A stretch of DNA of 50,941 nucleotides. Source: Octopus bimaculoides (Eukaryota). Location: NCBI RefSeq assembly GCF_001194135.2, contig NC_068983.1, forward strand, positions 20,668,591 through 20,719,531, in the 5' to 3' direction. The notes beneath the pieces are model-generated. The model ran no database searches, was not told where the DNA came from, and saw only the letters and a list, made by a program, of their open reading frames with translations. Position 1 is the stretch's first letter; every line of letters starts with the position of its first letter. Below, piece by piece: positions 36,331 to 48,470 of this stretch. Made by a program: the position numbers and the translations under genes.

Positions 36331-39022
36331 CAACTCATCGCTACGTTTTTCTCTTTCGCTTTTCTAGAAAAAATACTTTGAATTCAAACCTTGACAGAAT
36401 TGTCTCGGCCAAGTTTCGAAAATTCCCCAGATGCGCCGTATGTCATGGCATTGCCCTTACAAATCCGTTAAAATATTGTAAAGCCTATTACAAGACACTG
36501 TCTTTGTGTGTATGTGCATGCGTGTGTGTCTAAAACCATTGGTTAAACAATGAAGAATTGTTATGCAATCAGTCAACAAAACCTCATTGTTATTATGTTG
36601 TTAAAACGTGTAAACTTGACGTCAGCTTTCAACTTACTGTTTTTTGCACTTGTTCTCTAGTTTCTCATTTAACTTTAGTCCCAATGCGGTCTGCCAAGTT
36701 TTTTTTTTTTTTCATTTGTTTTAAAAGTCATTTTGTACTTATTCGTTATGCTATAACTATTGTTTTGTTTCTTTCGGTTTTATATTCATGAATTGTTATG
36801 AAATAAAATTTATGTGTTTAATGTTTATTCGTAGAATCAAACTATTTGAAATATAAACAGATGGATATTCAAAAATATATATCTATTAATATATACACGT
36901 AGGATTTTTACGTTTATGTAGATGGAGCGTATATATGTATACGTGTTCTTAGTTTATACGCCCAGCATTCTATTTTCTCTACTGCACTAGTTAAACTGCT
37001 GTCAGGCAATAACTCTCTCTCTATTCTCTCTCTCTCTTTCTCTCGCTTTGTCTCCACGGAGACGTGGCTCAGCAGTCTCATTTCACTCGTTTATTCATCT
37101 CTGTCTCTGTCTATCTAGCACTCACTTTTACTGCATCCTATCTCTCGCACACACACTAGTTCAGCTAGTGGTTATATTTCTTTTTACATAATCTCGAAAG
37201 AGCTTTCCAATTTGACAACGATACATCATATTCTCTTATGACTGACTATTATCTTGTATATATTTGACGCCATAGCACAAGTTATTACATTGACATAAGC
37301 ATATTCCACATATATTATCTAATTAAATTTTGTTATATATGAATGTTAATATACATATTTCCCATGACACCTTTCTGCATCACAATTTCTCGAATACATT
37401 TGTGTGTAAAGTTTGTCTTGATTAATGTTGTAAGCGAAATTGACTGTTGTCATTTTGTTCCATTTTGACCTGCACATGCAAACCATCTTCTGAGTAATGT
37501 TTTATCGTACATTTCTACCAATCAAATACGAAGAAGTCTATTTTATGGTTGTGTAGGAAACATGTATGTGTGTATTTTCTACATATATATATATATATAT
37601 ATATATATANNNNNNNNNNNNNNNNNNNNNNNNNNNNNNNNNNNNNNNNNNNNNNNNNNNNNNNNNNNNNNNNNNNNNNNNNNNNNNNNNNNNNNNNNNN
37701 NNNNNNNNNNNNNNNNNNNNNNNNNNNNNNNNNNNNNNNNNNNNNNNNNNNNNNNNNNNNNNNNNNNNNNNNNNNNNNNNNNNNNNNNNNNNNNNNNNNN
37801 NNNNNNNNNNNNNNNNNNNNNNNNNNNNNNNNNNNNNNNNNNNNNNNNNNNNNNNNNNNNNNNNNNNNNNNNNNNNNNNNNNNNNNNNNNNNNNNNNNNN
37901 NNNNNNNNNNNNNNNNNNNNNNNNNNNNNNNNNNNNNNNNNNNNNTATAATACGGTCTTATTGTTAGCTCTCCGAATAATTTTTAACTTTTTGTAGACCG
38001 ATTCTCTAAATTATTTTCTTTCATTCCTGTGAAACTGGAAATGTATTAATGAATTAAGTCGACGTTTTAAATATTCATTTCACAATAACCCCGTCTAAAA
38101 CCCTTTAACGCTGGTAGGAGTTAATGAGCTCGAGATGCCAATGTACTTTTCTCAATAGTCAGATTAGATTCATTCGTACATATTTCACCGAAGCAAACAT
38201 TTGAGAGAAATTAGAAACGCCGCTATATCAAACTTATCAGGATTCCTGTATTATGTTTAAAAGCACGTGTATTAATTGAAATGTAAGCAAAACATACAAA
38301 AACATACGTACATACACTGACAAAGATATTACTTATGTTCAACTGTCCGTAATTGAAGCTTTCTACAGCAAATTTCATAGACATTTTTTATCAGCAATAT
38401 GACAATGAGAAAAAGTAACAGACTCCTCACTTGTCTTTTATTACCTTCGTTTCTGCTATAGGTTAATGTCCTAAAATCTTATCTGAAGTTGCAAGTTTTC
38501 ATAATTTACTCTTATGTGGAACACAGCACTTCCCTGTCTCAAATTCTCAATTATTTCGCAGAGAATATACTGAAACCTGAATTTAATAATAAATCTTATA
38601 CTGTTGTACAGTTATAGTTACCAGCATATTATCATAGAAAGGCTCATGGCCTTCTTGCCATCTATGTTTAAATTAATTGTTTAATACTTGATTAATAACT
38701 CGACATGATACACTTTAGTTACAGATTTCGCTTTTTGCCTAAGGTAATGAAAGATGGTGATTTGACAAAGTATTCGAGTGTCGACACAAAATGCCTCACC
38801 TTTTTTTACGTTCCCACGTTCAATTTCGACCGATGTCATATATTCCCGTCAGTCTTCCAAGAAGGTACAGAATAATGCAACAGGAATGTACATGTGAAGC
38901 TTTAATGGAGTATTCTCTCCACACCAAGTTGTTGGGGGTTGTATTAAGATCAGATATCGATATTTAAAGTAATAAATAGTCGTCATGCCTTATAGCTTAC
39001 GCTAGCTCTCAATAGTTTAGAC

Positions 39023-39299
39023 CAGCGGTTTTCAAACTTTTTGACTTGCGGACCCCTTTATATTTCAGGCTTTACCTTAGGGACCCCCTTATAAACGCTT
39101 ATGAAATTTATACATAAATATTTGCTTAAAATAACATATATTTTTACATTTATTTATTTAACAGTATTTAACAAATAGGTTTATTGTCAATTAAAAGATT
39201 TTGATTAAAAAACATATAAAATCAAATTACCAATAAAAAGTATTTGTTGTCCACGGACCCCCTGTGTTGTCCTTGCGGACCACAGTTTGAAAACCCCTG
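39023..39299. mobile_element. hAT (Charlie-type) MITE
   Basis: TIRs cagcggttttcaaact and agtttgaaaacccctg match at 15/16; 8-bp TSD gtttagac / gtttatac (7/8); subterminal gcggaccc/cggacccc/gcggacca motifs; AT-rich non-coding interior. Confidence 0.9.
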
Positions 39300-40257
39300 G
39301 TTTATACTATGCTGTAGTTGCCTGAATGACTTAAGCTCTGTGCTTTTTATAAATGTTTTATTTGACGTGAGTCTATTAACATGACCATATGTGGTCAAAA
39401 AACTTGTTTAATATTTAGAGATCGTATATGAAGAAATGTAAAATTTGTGAAGTACGGACATAGCTTTAATAAAAGGAAAATTGTGAAAACACTTTTCGAT
39501 TACACATTCTCAAAATATTTAACTGAACCCTTTTATAAAATTGTCGGCATGGTGATAATCGTGAGAAGTGTATGACATTGAATGTCAGGCATGATGTTGA
39601 TAATATTTAAAACCGCAAGTACTTGCTATGTTTTGAAAATAAAACGCGTTTTCAGCAGCGAATAATGTCAACCTATTTCATCCTGTGAAAAAGGCCTTAG
39701 GAATGTTCAAGAATATCTTATTTAAAAAAAAAAACAACATAAAATGCACCGTTGTTCGTTTTTCTTCAATAAAATGCAATCGATATTTTCGCTAGAAGTG
39801 GAACATAAGCCTTTTAAGCATTGGATATTGAGGTGCAAGAAATGTAATATACATTATAATTTGCACTGAAGAAAATCAAAGCTGGATTACGCATAATGAA
39901 ATAAGTAGAACTGAGCCTGTTATACGTTGAAAGCAAAGCTTCCATTGATTTTATCGCCATGGCATATGATTATGTTCAGCGATCGAAATACGTAGAATTT
40001 TCTACCCTTAAATTATCGTTGACTTTTAATATGAAATGCGTTATTCTGTACCGAGAATGATATAGGCCTGTACGATTCTTCATAGGAGAAGAAAAACGTT
40101 AATTTTACTGGAGTATAGAAACCAAAAAAACTGCTTTTGTTTCGCAGGTATGGAAAAGATTGTCAACTTTATCGTGAAAGATGTTTTAAATTCCTATGTT
40201 TTATATTTAACTTTGATTTCAAAACTCAGTGAATATGAGAATTAAGCACTGATTTCT

Positions 40258-40470
40258 AATAATTCTTCCTACGATAGGCAAAGACTTGGAATATGTGGGT
40301 GGGGAGGAGGCTAGCCGATTACATCGTTTCCTGTACTTGACTGGTACTTATTTTATCGATCCAGTGGATGAAAGCAGATTCGATTTTGGGTGAATTTGAA
40401 AATTAACTCAGAACGTAAGGACGGATGAAATGCCGTTGAGCATTATATCCGGGTGCTAACGATTCTGCTT
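40258..40470 (-). mobile_element. Nin-SINE, diverged, tail type A
   Basis: gactggtacttattttatcga...ggatgaaag...aactcagaacgtaaggacggatgaaatgcc...gctaacgattctgc. Confidence 0.8.
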
Positions 40471-40608
40471 TACCGATTTCTAATTAGAGGAGCAGATCTC
40501 TCCCCACCAGATGTCTCTCCATTCGAGATAAATTTACAGAAAATGGCCTATATTAATAGCAGCAGCAGCAAAGTTCCATGATTTCCCAGTAGCAGTACTA
40601 ACAGCAAA

Positions 40609-40627
40609 AGTAGTGGTAGTAGTAGTT

Positions 40628-40693
<66 letters not shown>
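40609..40693. repeat. (TAG)n trinucleotide microsatellite
   Basis: Direct reading. It is the source of the poly-Thr run in ORF 40534-40857. Confidence 0.95.
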
Positions 40694-41113
40694 TCAGCAG
40701 TAGCGGCTTTAGATTTAAAAATATAATTTGTCTTAACTTTCAGCAAAACAGAGTAATTTTGCTTATCTCTCTGTATGAGAATTTCCCTAAATAGACAAAT
40801 TAAAGCAGACATATTTTCCAGTGAAAGGTCTACATTTATTATCCGACTAATGACCATAATCTATCCAAATACAATTTCATAACAATGAGAATAAACACAT
40901 GTGACTAGAGAATAATAGATAGAGGGGTAGAAGCTGAAATGTTGCGATAGTAACATTTGAGACGAGTTAGAAGTGTATAGAGATAACTATAATTGCTAGG
41001 TTCTGCAACATTATGAGAGATAGTTAGACGGAATGATTGACTGATTGATGGTCAGGAAAAATATGTTATTGTTGAGTAGACCTATGCACATGTGTGTATG
41101 TATGTTTATGTGT

Positions 41114-41149
<36 letters not shown>

Positions 41150-41192
41150 TCAAACACACACACAATTACATACATATATGTATCTATATGCA

Positions 41193-41250
<58 letters not shown>

Positions 41251-42132
41251 TGTGTATATATGAATGTGTGTATACGCGTATGTGTATAATGTGATATATA
41301 TAAGTAGAGAGAGTGTGTGATATAGTGAGGCTACAGCTGACATACAGGCAGACAGAGCAAAGAGGGTTACACATTCATAAATACATGCAGACATATATAA
41401 TTTTAATTCATTAGCGGCGTGATTTGAGATTGTAGAAAATTAGACCCAATCTAATGTTTTACCGTAACCAATGAGTTAAGAGACAAAGTGTCCAGTCTAA
41501 TACGTACATGTGCACGATAGTTGTTCTACCATGCAAAATGAAATTAGTTTAAGGCTCCTTCAGGGCTTGCTTCTCGTAAGGCTGTATGAGACCTATTGTT
41601 GATTGTGACAAACAATTCAGAAATGCATCGACGTCGCTGTTTTCTTTTCCCCTACATGAGTAATTCCAAGTGTAACAGATACTAATGCAATCAGACTTTT
41701 CAGATATTAATGTTCATCTTTACTTGAACACTTGTTATACTTTTAGAATTAGTTTTGTAGCAAAGTCATTTTCATCAAGTTGTCATTATCTGTTTTACTT
41801 GTATCACAGTTTAAACTGCGCATATGACATTCCACTATTAATGTCGACGTTATTTTTCAAAATTGTTGAATGTTCCATAGAAACCGTCAATATTTCTTAT
41901 ACATTTTAATAATCGTTGCTCTTTTAAAATTCAAGCTTCATACTACATAACAATGTTGTTGTATGACTTTTACTTCTAGTTCTTACATCGCTCTGTTGCA
42001 TTGGATGATTTGTTTTTAAAGAAGAACCTAATGTTTTAATCTCTCTCTATCTCTATCGTTATCCTTATCTCTCTCTCTCTCTCTCCCTCCCTCCCTCTCT
42101 CCATTTATATATGTGTGTATGTGTGTGTGCAT

Positions 42133-42387
42133 CTGGGGAGAATCATTCTCTTTTACTGCCCCATTACTTAACACACTCACCGGTCCGATGTTCACTCATT
42201 TACTTATTTATTTTTTTCTAAAACGCAGCTCTGATAACGGACAGAGTTAACAACTGTTGAAAAGATTGCAAGAGGCAACGAAAATTTTAGAAAAAAATTT
42301 TAGAAACAATAAATATATAAATGAATGGAAATCGAACCGGTGAGTTTGTTAAATAGTAAGTCACTGAAAGAGAATGACTTTTCCCAG
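42133..42387. mobile_element. Foldback/palindromic element with ~90-bp inverted arms
   Basis: Left arm ctggggagaatcattctctttt...actcaccggtccgat...tttctaaaa (42133-42223) matches the reverse complement of 42298-42387 (ctgggaaaagtcattctctttc...actcaccggttcgat...tttctaaaa), roughly three-quarters identical by eye. Confidence 0.75.
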
Positions 42388-43261
42388 AAACAATAAAATA
42401 TATTTCAACACACGAATTCCAAAATTTTCCCGCTACCTACTTTTCTCAGAAAACAACAGGGCGTAAAAGGTGATTTATAAAAAGTAGCTTGAAGTTAGGT
42501 ATCTTCTCAAAGAACAAAGAACAAAAATAAATTTTAGAAAATAACAAGACTTAGTTTTTAAAAAAAGCAAACTTCGTTCCGAAGTTGTAACTGAACTATC
42601 ATTATTTTCTTCAAATGCTCGAAAATTTTGCAGGCACAATGATCGCGTTAAACTGGTGCTCGTAAACGCATTTTTATAAAGTTCTCTCGCAAGTATATCT
42701 TACGAATTCTGAGATATATAAGTTGTATTCAATCTTTTGTTAAGGTTCTTCTTATATGTATCTGTCTTTGTTTATATAGCTGGACTATCGATATGAATTC
42801 TTAGCTGTAGGGTAACCTGAAAGAGACTACGACGCAGCATCCTGCTCGGTGGGGAAGCTAAACACTACTGGGTCTCCTTTCTAAGTGGACTAGTGGATAT
42901 AATAAGAAATTATTTTAACAGTCGTTCAGGGCAAGAAAATACAATAAACATGTGTGTTAGAATAATCAAGTGTAATGTCATAAGGTTGAGGTTATAATAA
43001 ATATTTCTTTTATCGTATTTTTGGAAGATGAAGGAATTAAGAGAGCTGTCTTCCAATTGTAATAACGTACTGACAAGTGCTCGTATGCTTTCATTAAAAG
43101 GAGTCAGTTTCTCATGGACTGCCATGGTTTTACTCAACTGTTGTAGCATTTACACTGTTTTATAATGTGAAATGGAGCTAAAAACCTGCGAACATTAACA
43201 CGTTTACTATTAATCCTTCAGAATGCTACAATATAATGATGTGCATAAAAATATTTAAGGA

Positions 43262-43385
43262 TTTATTATAAAGCATCAAATGTTTACACAAATGTTTTAC
43301 ACAAATGCTTTATTATAAAGCATCAAATGTTTACACAAATGTTTTACACAAATGCTTTATTATAAAGCATCAAATGTTTACACAA
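43262..43385. repeat. 47-bp minisatellite, ~2.6 perfect copies
   Basis: Unit tttattataaagcatcaaatgtttacacaaatgttttacacaaatgc starts at 43262, 43309 and 43356. Confidence 0.95.
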
Positions 43386-43435
43386 AAACTCTCATTTTCT
43401 TCATAGTCCATGTAATATCTTCTTTTGTTGTCTGT

Positions 43436-43612
43436 TACTTGTTTCGTTCATTTGACTGCAGCCGTGCTGAGGTACCGCTTTTGCAGAGTGTAGACAATAA
43501 ATTCCACTACAATACTTACTTGTTTTAAAGCATGGTTATTATTCTGTCGTGCACTTTTGCCGAACCGCTATGTTACGAGGACATGAACAAGCCAACACCT
43601 GTTGTCAGGTAG
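43436..43612 (-). mobile_element. OK-type SINE, 3' half only
   Basis: tacttgtttcgttcatttgactgcagccgtgctg...cttttgccgaaccgctatgttacgaggac...ttgtcagg. Confidence 0.75.
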
Positions 43613-45452
43613 TGTTAACAGCAACCACAATAAACCAAAAAAAATCCATACACGCACCTGAAAAAAATTTACCTTAGATGTGTGTATTGGTATGCATTGC
43701 AAGAAACTGCTAGGTTTCTTTCTCAAACATTTTGCATAGTTCGCACTTCACAAGTTAATGTGTGAGTAGCAAAATAGTAATTTTGAAAGAAGTTTCTATA
43801 AACTAGTTTTTTAAACATTGAATGGCTATAAGGCTCCACCACAACAAAATGCTAATCAAAAGGGTCAAAAAAGAAATTTTAAAATGGTTGAGATCCATGA
43901 GTTACTCTGTTGCACCAGGCCGCTCGTCGTGTTCCTAGACAGAACACTTCAGTTCACAAGAGTCTAGTCCTCTCCGTACCAATGGCTCATGGGAGTTAAT
44001 CATGCAATACATTGCTTCTCATTCGGTAGGCAGTATTGACCTCCCTGTCATTTGAACGCAATAGAGACCCAGAGAAGTTCCAGCTTCATGTTTAGGTAAG
44101 TTGTGACAGAACTAAAACCATTTATTAGTATTCAATGTGATGTTTCTTAGGTTTCCATTTCGGATTTTATTAACTTGTATCGACGTTTTATTCTACCTTT
44201 ATTTATCACTTGGTGATTCGAGTTTTATTTCATGATTTTTTTCGCTAGTAACCTCACCTTTTGTCACATTTTTCTCATTGATTTTTTTTTTCTGTTCTAG
44301 AAAGATGCATGTATTTCTTTTCCTGTAAGTTTCATGTCCCTATCTCATGCAATAGTTCGACAGACAGCAGACAACAGCGTTTATTTTTTTTTAAGGAATC
44401 ATTACACATCCTTCTTTAACAGCAACTACAAACACACACACTGACACACAAACACACACACACACACACATGTATATATCACTACAGAGCAGCAAGTATT
44501 GCACCAAACATACCCAATTCATTTTCAGTTAGTAACAACGTGTAGTTGATATGACTACAGCTTTTTTTTTTTTACTACAGTTGTTAGACAGCTTAGATAA
44601 TGATTTATTTGTTATCAAGGCGAGAGTCCGACCTCTTGCAAACAAATACGCTTCTATCTGACTATTTAAACCACATGAGGTTACTTTGCAAGCCGCTGTG
44701 TAAACATCACCTGTTTCTCATCTTACAAATCCATCTTACATTAAACAGTTTCCGTTGTATAGAAGTCATTCTTTTGATCCTATCTGTGTCTCACCATCGT
44801 CTTTAGTTTTGCTGCTCTTTTATTCTTTATTTACTTTATTCGTCTCGCAGAATGCAATCTAAACACAGCTGTATTTATAAAGACTTAAAAGTTTTGAACA
44901 AAAGGAAGGACAAATGCATTTCTAATCAAGGAAATTAAATTCGCTTCCATATTAAAAGACTTTTTTTTTAATCTAATACTAAAATTACGAATATTAATTA
45001 GTGAAAATTTCTACTGAACTTAATCAGGAAACTGCGTTCTATTATGGTCTAATTCAATACCACTGCAGATAAGAAGGTTATATGATCCTAATACAATGTG
45101 AGATCCTAACCAATCATTCAGTTTGACAGCAGATATTAGCGAGTGGATTTTGTAGTTTAGCATCAATATACTTGGGATTTATAAAATGGTCTTGCTGATG
45201 AAATAATTTATAACGTATAAAGTGGGGTTTATTAATTTTCTTTAAGAACTACATATTTCTAATTATAATCTAATGCAGCATATTGAAGATTTCATTAGTG
45301 CAAATACGATACTGCATCAGAACGATGCACTTTTGGCTATTTTTCCTGAAACGAAATTGTGAACATTAAACGAATGTTTGATTTAAATGAGGTATATATA
45401 AACAAAATTAAGAAACCATGTTTTTTGTTTTGTTTTTTGGGGTTTTTTTCAT

Positions 45453-45849
45453 CTTTTACTTGTTTCAGTCATTTGACTGCGGCCATGCTGGAGCACCGTC
45501 TTTAGGGGTTTTTAGTCGAATAAATCGTCCCTAGGATTTTTTTTTCTTTCTAAGCCTAGTACTTATTCTATCGGGTCGCTTTTGTCGGACATCTAGGTTT
45601 AGCGGGCTTTAACACACAACACCGATTGTCAAGGGGTGGGGGCCAGGGGACAAACACAGACAGAAAAATACGCATACATACATATAGGACGGGTTTCTTT
45701 CAGTTTCCGTCTAGCAAATCCACTCACAAGGCTTTGGTCGGCTCGAGGTTATAGTAGAAGACACTTGCCCAAGGTGCCACACAACGGGACTAAACTCGGT
45801 AATATTTGGCTGGGAAGTAAGTTCTTACCACACAGCGACACCTGCGCCT
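45453..45849 (-). mobile_element. OK-type SINE, full length
   Basis: Minus-strand head aggcgcaggtgtcgctgtgtggtaagaac...tttagtcccgttgtgtggcaccttgggcaagtgtcttctactata, internal gatttgctagacggaaactgaaagaaacccgtc, and tail ctccagcatggccgcagtcaaatgactgaaacaagtaaaag. Confidence 0.9.
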
Positions 45850-47571
45850 AACAACATACTGTGGGTATTATATTGTAATATTTTTAAGATAAATTAAATG
45901 GAAACACTAAAAATGTGTTGTAGTGACCATTTCGTTCACTTAACAATTTACATGTCCTATGTATGAAACGTGATACACCAGACACATTCCCACGATATCC
46001 TTGAATCATATATGATTGTCATTCTCAAACTTGTTCAATCTCAAGAGTAAATTGAGACTTGTGAAAAAAAGGACTTTATACTCTTCAAAAGGTATGAAAC
46101 AAAAGCTAAGTAAAAACCTGAAAACGAGTATTGTCTTTTAAATCAAACTTGTAAAAATGCTTTGGACAGGTAAAGAGTTAGGCTTGCTAATTAAATGAAA
46201 TTTTGGTACAAATGAAAAATACGTTCAGGCTAGATGTGAAGATATAGTCTCAATGACCTGTGCTATTAGGTTTCGTAATCGGTCAATATTCATAAGAAAA
46301 AGGACCTTCCTGAAAATAATCACAAGAATTTAATGTTTCAGGCAGTAAAACTACGATTGTTGGCCTTCCTAGGAGAGAATCGAATATGTATACTACTTTG
46401 CTTAGATCTTGTTCACAGAAAGCTTTATAGAAAAAAATCTTGGAAACATTGCAGTAAAATTTACGAAATTATTTGATCGTTTATGTTCCTGTTATATTTA
46501 ATGTGTATTTCGGAATTCGTCTATTTATTCACAAAATTAAATATTTACTCGTAAATGGTCTGTATCCATTCATAACAACATCTTTTCATTTATTTTTTTT
46601 TCTTTCCTTTCCACTCAGTTACATTCTTACTTTTTCTGCTAGTTGTATTTTCCTCATATTTTCATTATAGTTATTTCAGTCTTTCTTTTTGCTCCTTCCA
46701 TCCGTGTTCCTGATATACACAAGTAAACCGTTTCACGTACACCAGGCGACACGCTTATCACATACACAGCTTATGCGTGATTTTTCTACACAATCATCAC
46801 AAACCAGTTTGGTTTATAAAGTATAAGCCGTTGCCAATACCTCGGGATTATATATGATGTTCTTATTACTGATCTTACTATAAAACTGAATATCCTGTAA
46901 TGACTCTCTTACAGAACTGAAATGATTTTGTTTAACCTGTTACAGAACTGAAATGCACCTTCTTACATTTAAAAGTAAAGAACAGATTTGTTCTCCTTTT
47001 AATACTAAAATTTCTCTCTTACATTAGAAATGTTCGTCATTTCCTAGAAAATAAATGTAAGTAAATTTAGTGCGCTTTTTGACATGTCGTGCGTTTCAGA
47101 GCTAGTTGACTTGTGAAGTTTCTTCTGATACTCTGTCTTATGATAAGTAAAGGTTTATCACCGACATCAGCGTCAGTATAATAATAATAAAAAAGAATAG
47201 CAACAATACTAGATTAATTCAGTAATAGTAGCGTTGCTTGTGATAACTGTGAGACAGCTTAGAGTATGTTATTGAATAAAAAGAACCTAAATTGGCACAT
47301 ATCTCAGAATACTGTCGGCGACGTTGAGCATATATTCTACACTTGGGATATTATTTTCTAAATTACAGGTTTGGATAAGTTTCATTTAGTGAAAACCCAG
47401 TGTTGCATATGCTGTCAGAGAGAGAGAGAGAGAGAGAGGCGAGGGCGTTCGTAAAGTAGAATAAATACCGCTCGCTACAGAAGAATGACACAACGTAAAG
47501 AGTTGAAATAAGGTTTCTCTAATGCAACAATCCATCACTGTCGTTCTACTGCGGATATAACAGGAAATGGT

Positions 47572-47621
<50 letters not shown>

Positions 47622-47628
47622 GGTAGTA
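47572..47628. repeat. (GTA)n(GTG)n compound trinucleotide repeat
   Basis: Direct reading of the sequence. Confidence 0.95.
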
Positions 47629-47767
47629 TTTAGTTGTGACTATGTTAAGAAAATTACCACTGCTATTTTAACGTATACACACGCCCTCTCTCTCTCTCTC
47701 TTTCGGGCGCACACAAATTCACACACACGCCAGTATAATATATATATGCGTTTCTGAGTGTTTACGG

Positions 47768-47800
<33 letters not shown>

Positions 47801-47851
47801 TCTCACTCTCTCTCTCTCTCTCTTAATATATATATCTATATATTTACATAC

Positions 47852-47902
<51 letters not shown>

Positions 47903-48387
47903 CATATGCATATATATACACAAATATGTATATATAAGAGCGGAATTACTGATAATAAGCTGATCTTTGGATCACTGTGATTATAGTAATATCCGCGAAA
48001 CGATCGTAAGATATTTAACTCTTTAAATTTTAGGTTCTTTTATATTTTATATTTTAGACTTTACAATATTCATGCTTAGTTACGCATAAATTTTTATACG
48101 CATTTATATTCACACGTATATTTATCTACATTCAGATTTTTATACATATTGATATTTATATTTCGTATATTTTTTATTTTAAATTTATTATGTTGCCGCG
48201 TCATATTGGATGTATGTCTTTCGAAATATTAAATATTGATTTCCTGAGTATATTATTGATAAGTTTATGAATTTATTAATAATATAAAAACACATATATA
48301 CACATTTATTTGCTCAAAATAATTGAGCACTNNNNNNNNNNNNNNNNNNNNNNNNNNNNNNNNNNNNNNNNNNNNNNNNNNNNNNNN

Positions 48388-48470
<83 letters not shown>

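Noticed and set aside
40086-40230. Candidate exons around cgcag/gtatgg, including an EGF-like YGKDC
   Set aside because: The site reads equally as donor or acceptor, and the cysteine spacing does not complete an EGF repeat.
40534-40857. Poly-Thr, mucin-like ORF on the minus strand
   Set aside because: The run is a pure (TAG)n microsatellite, with no splice context or supporting flanking domain.
42910-43149. 79-aa minus-strand ORF (QQLSKTMAVHEKLTPFNESIRALV...)
   Set aside because: No recognisable domain, weak splice sites, and an AT-rich low-complexity C-terminal half.
43262-43385. CRISPR-like array
   Set aside because: Contiguous tandem units with no unique spacers, no cas genes, and a eukaryotic context.
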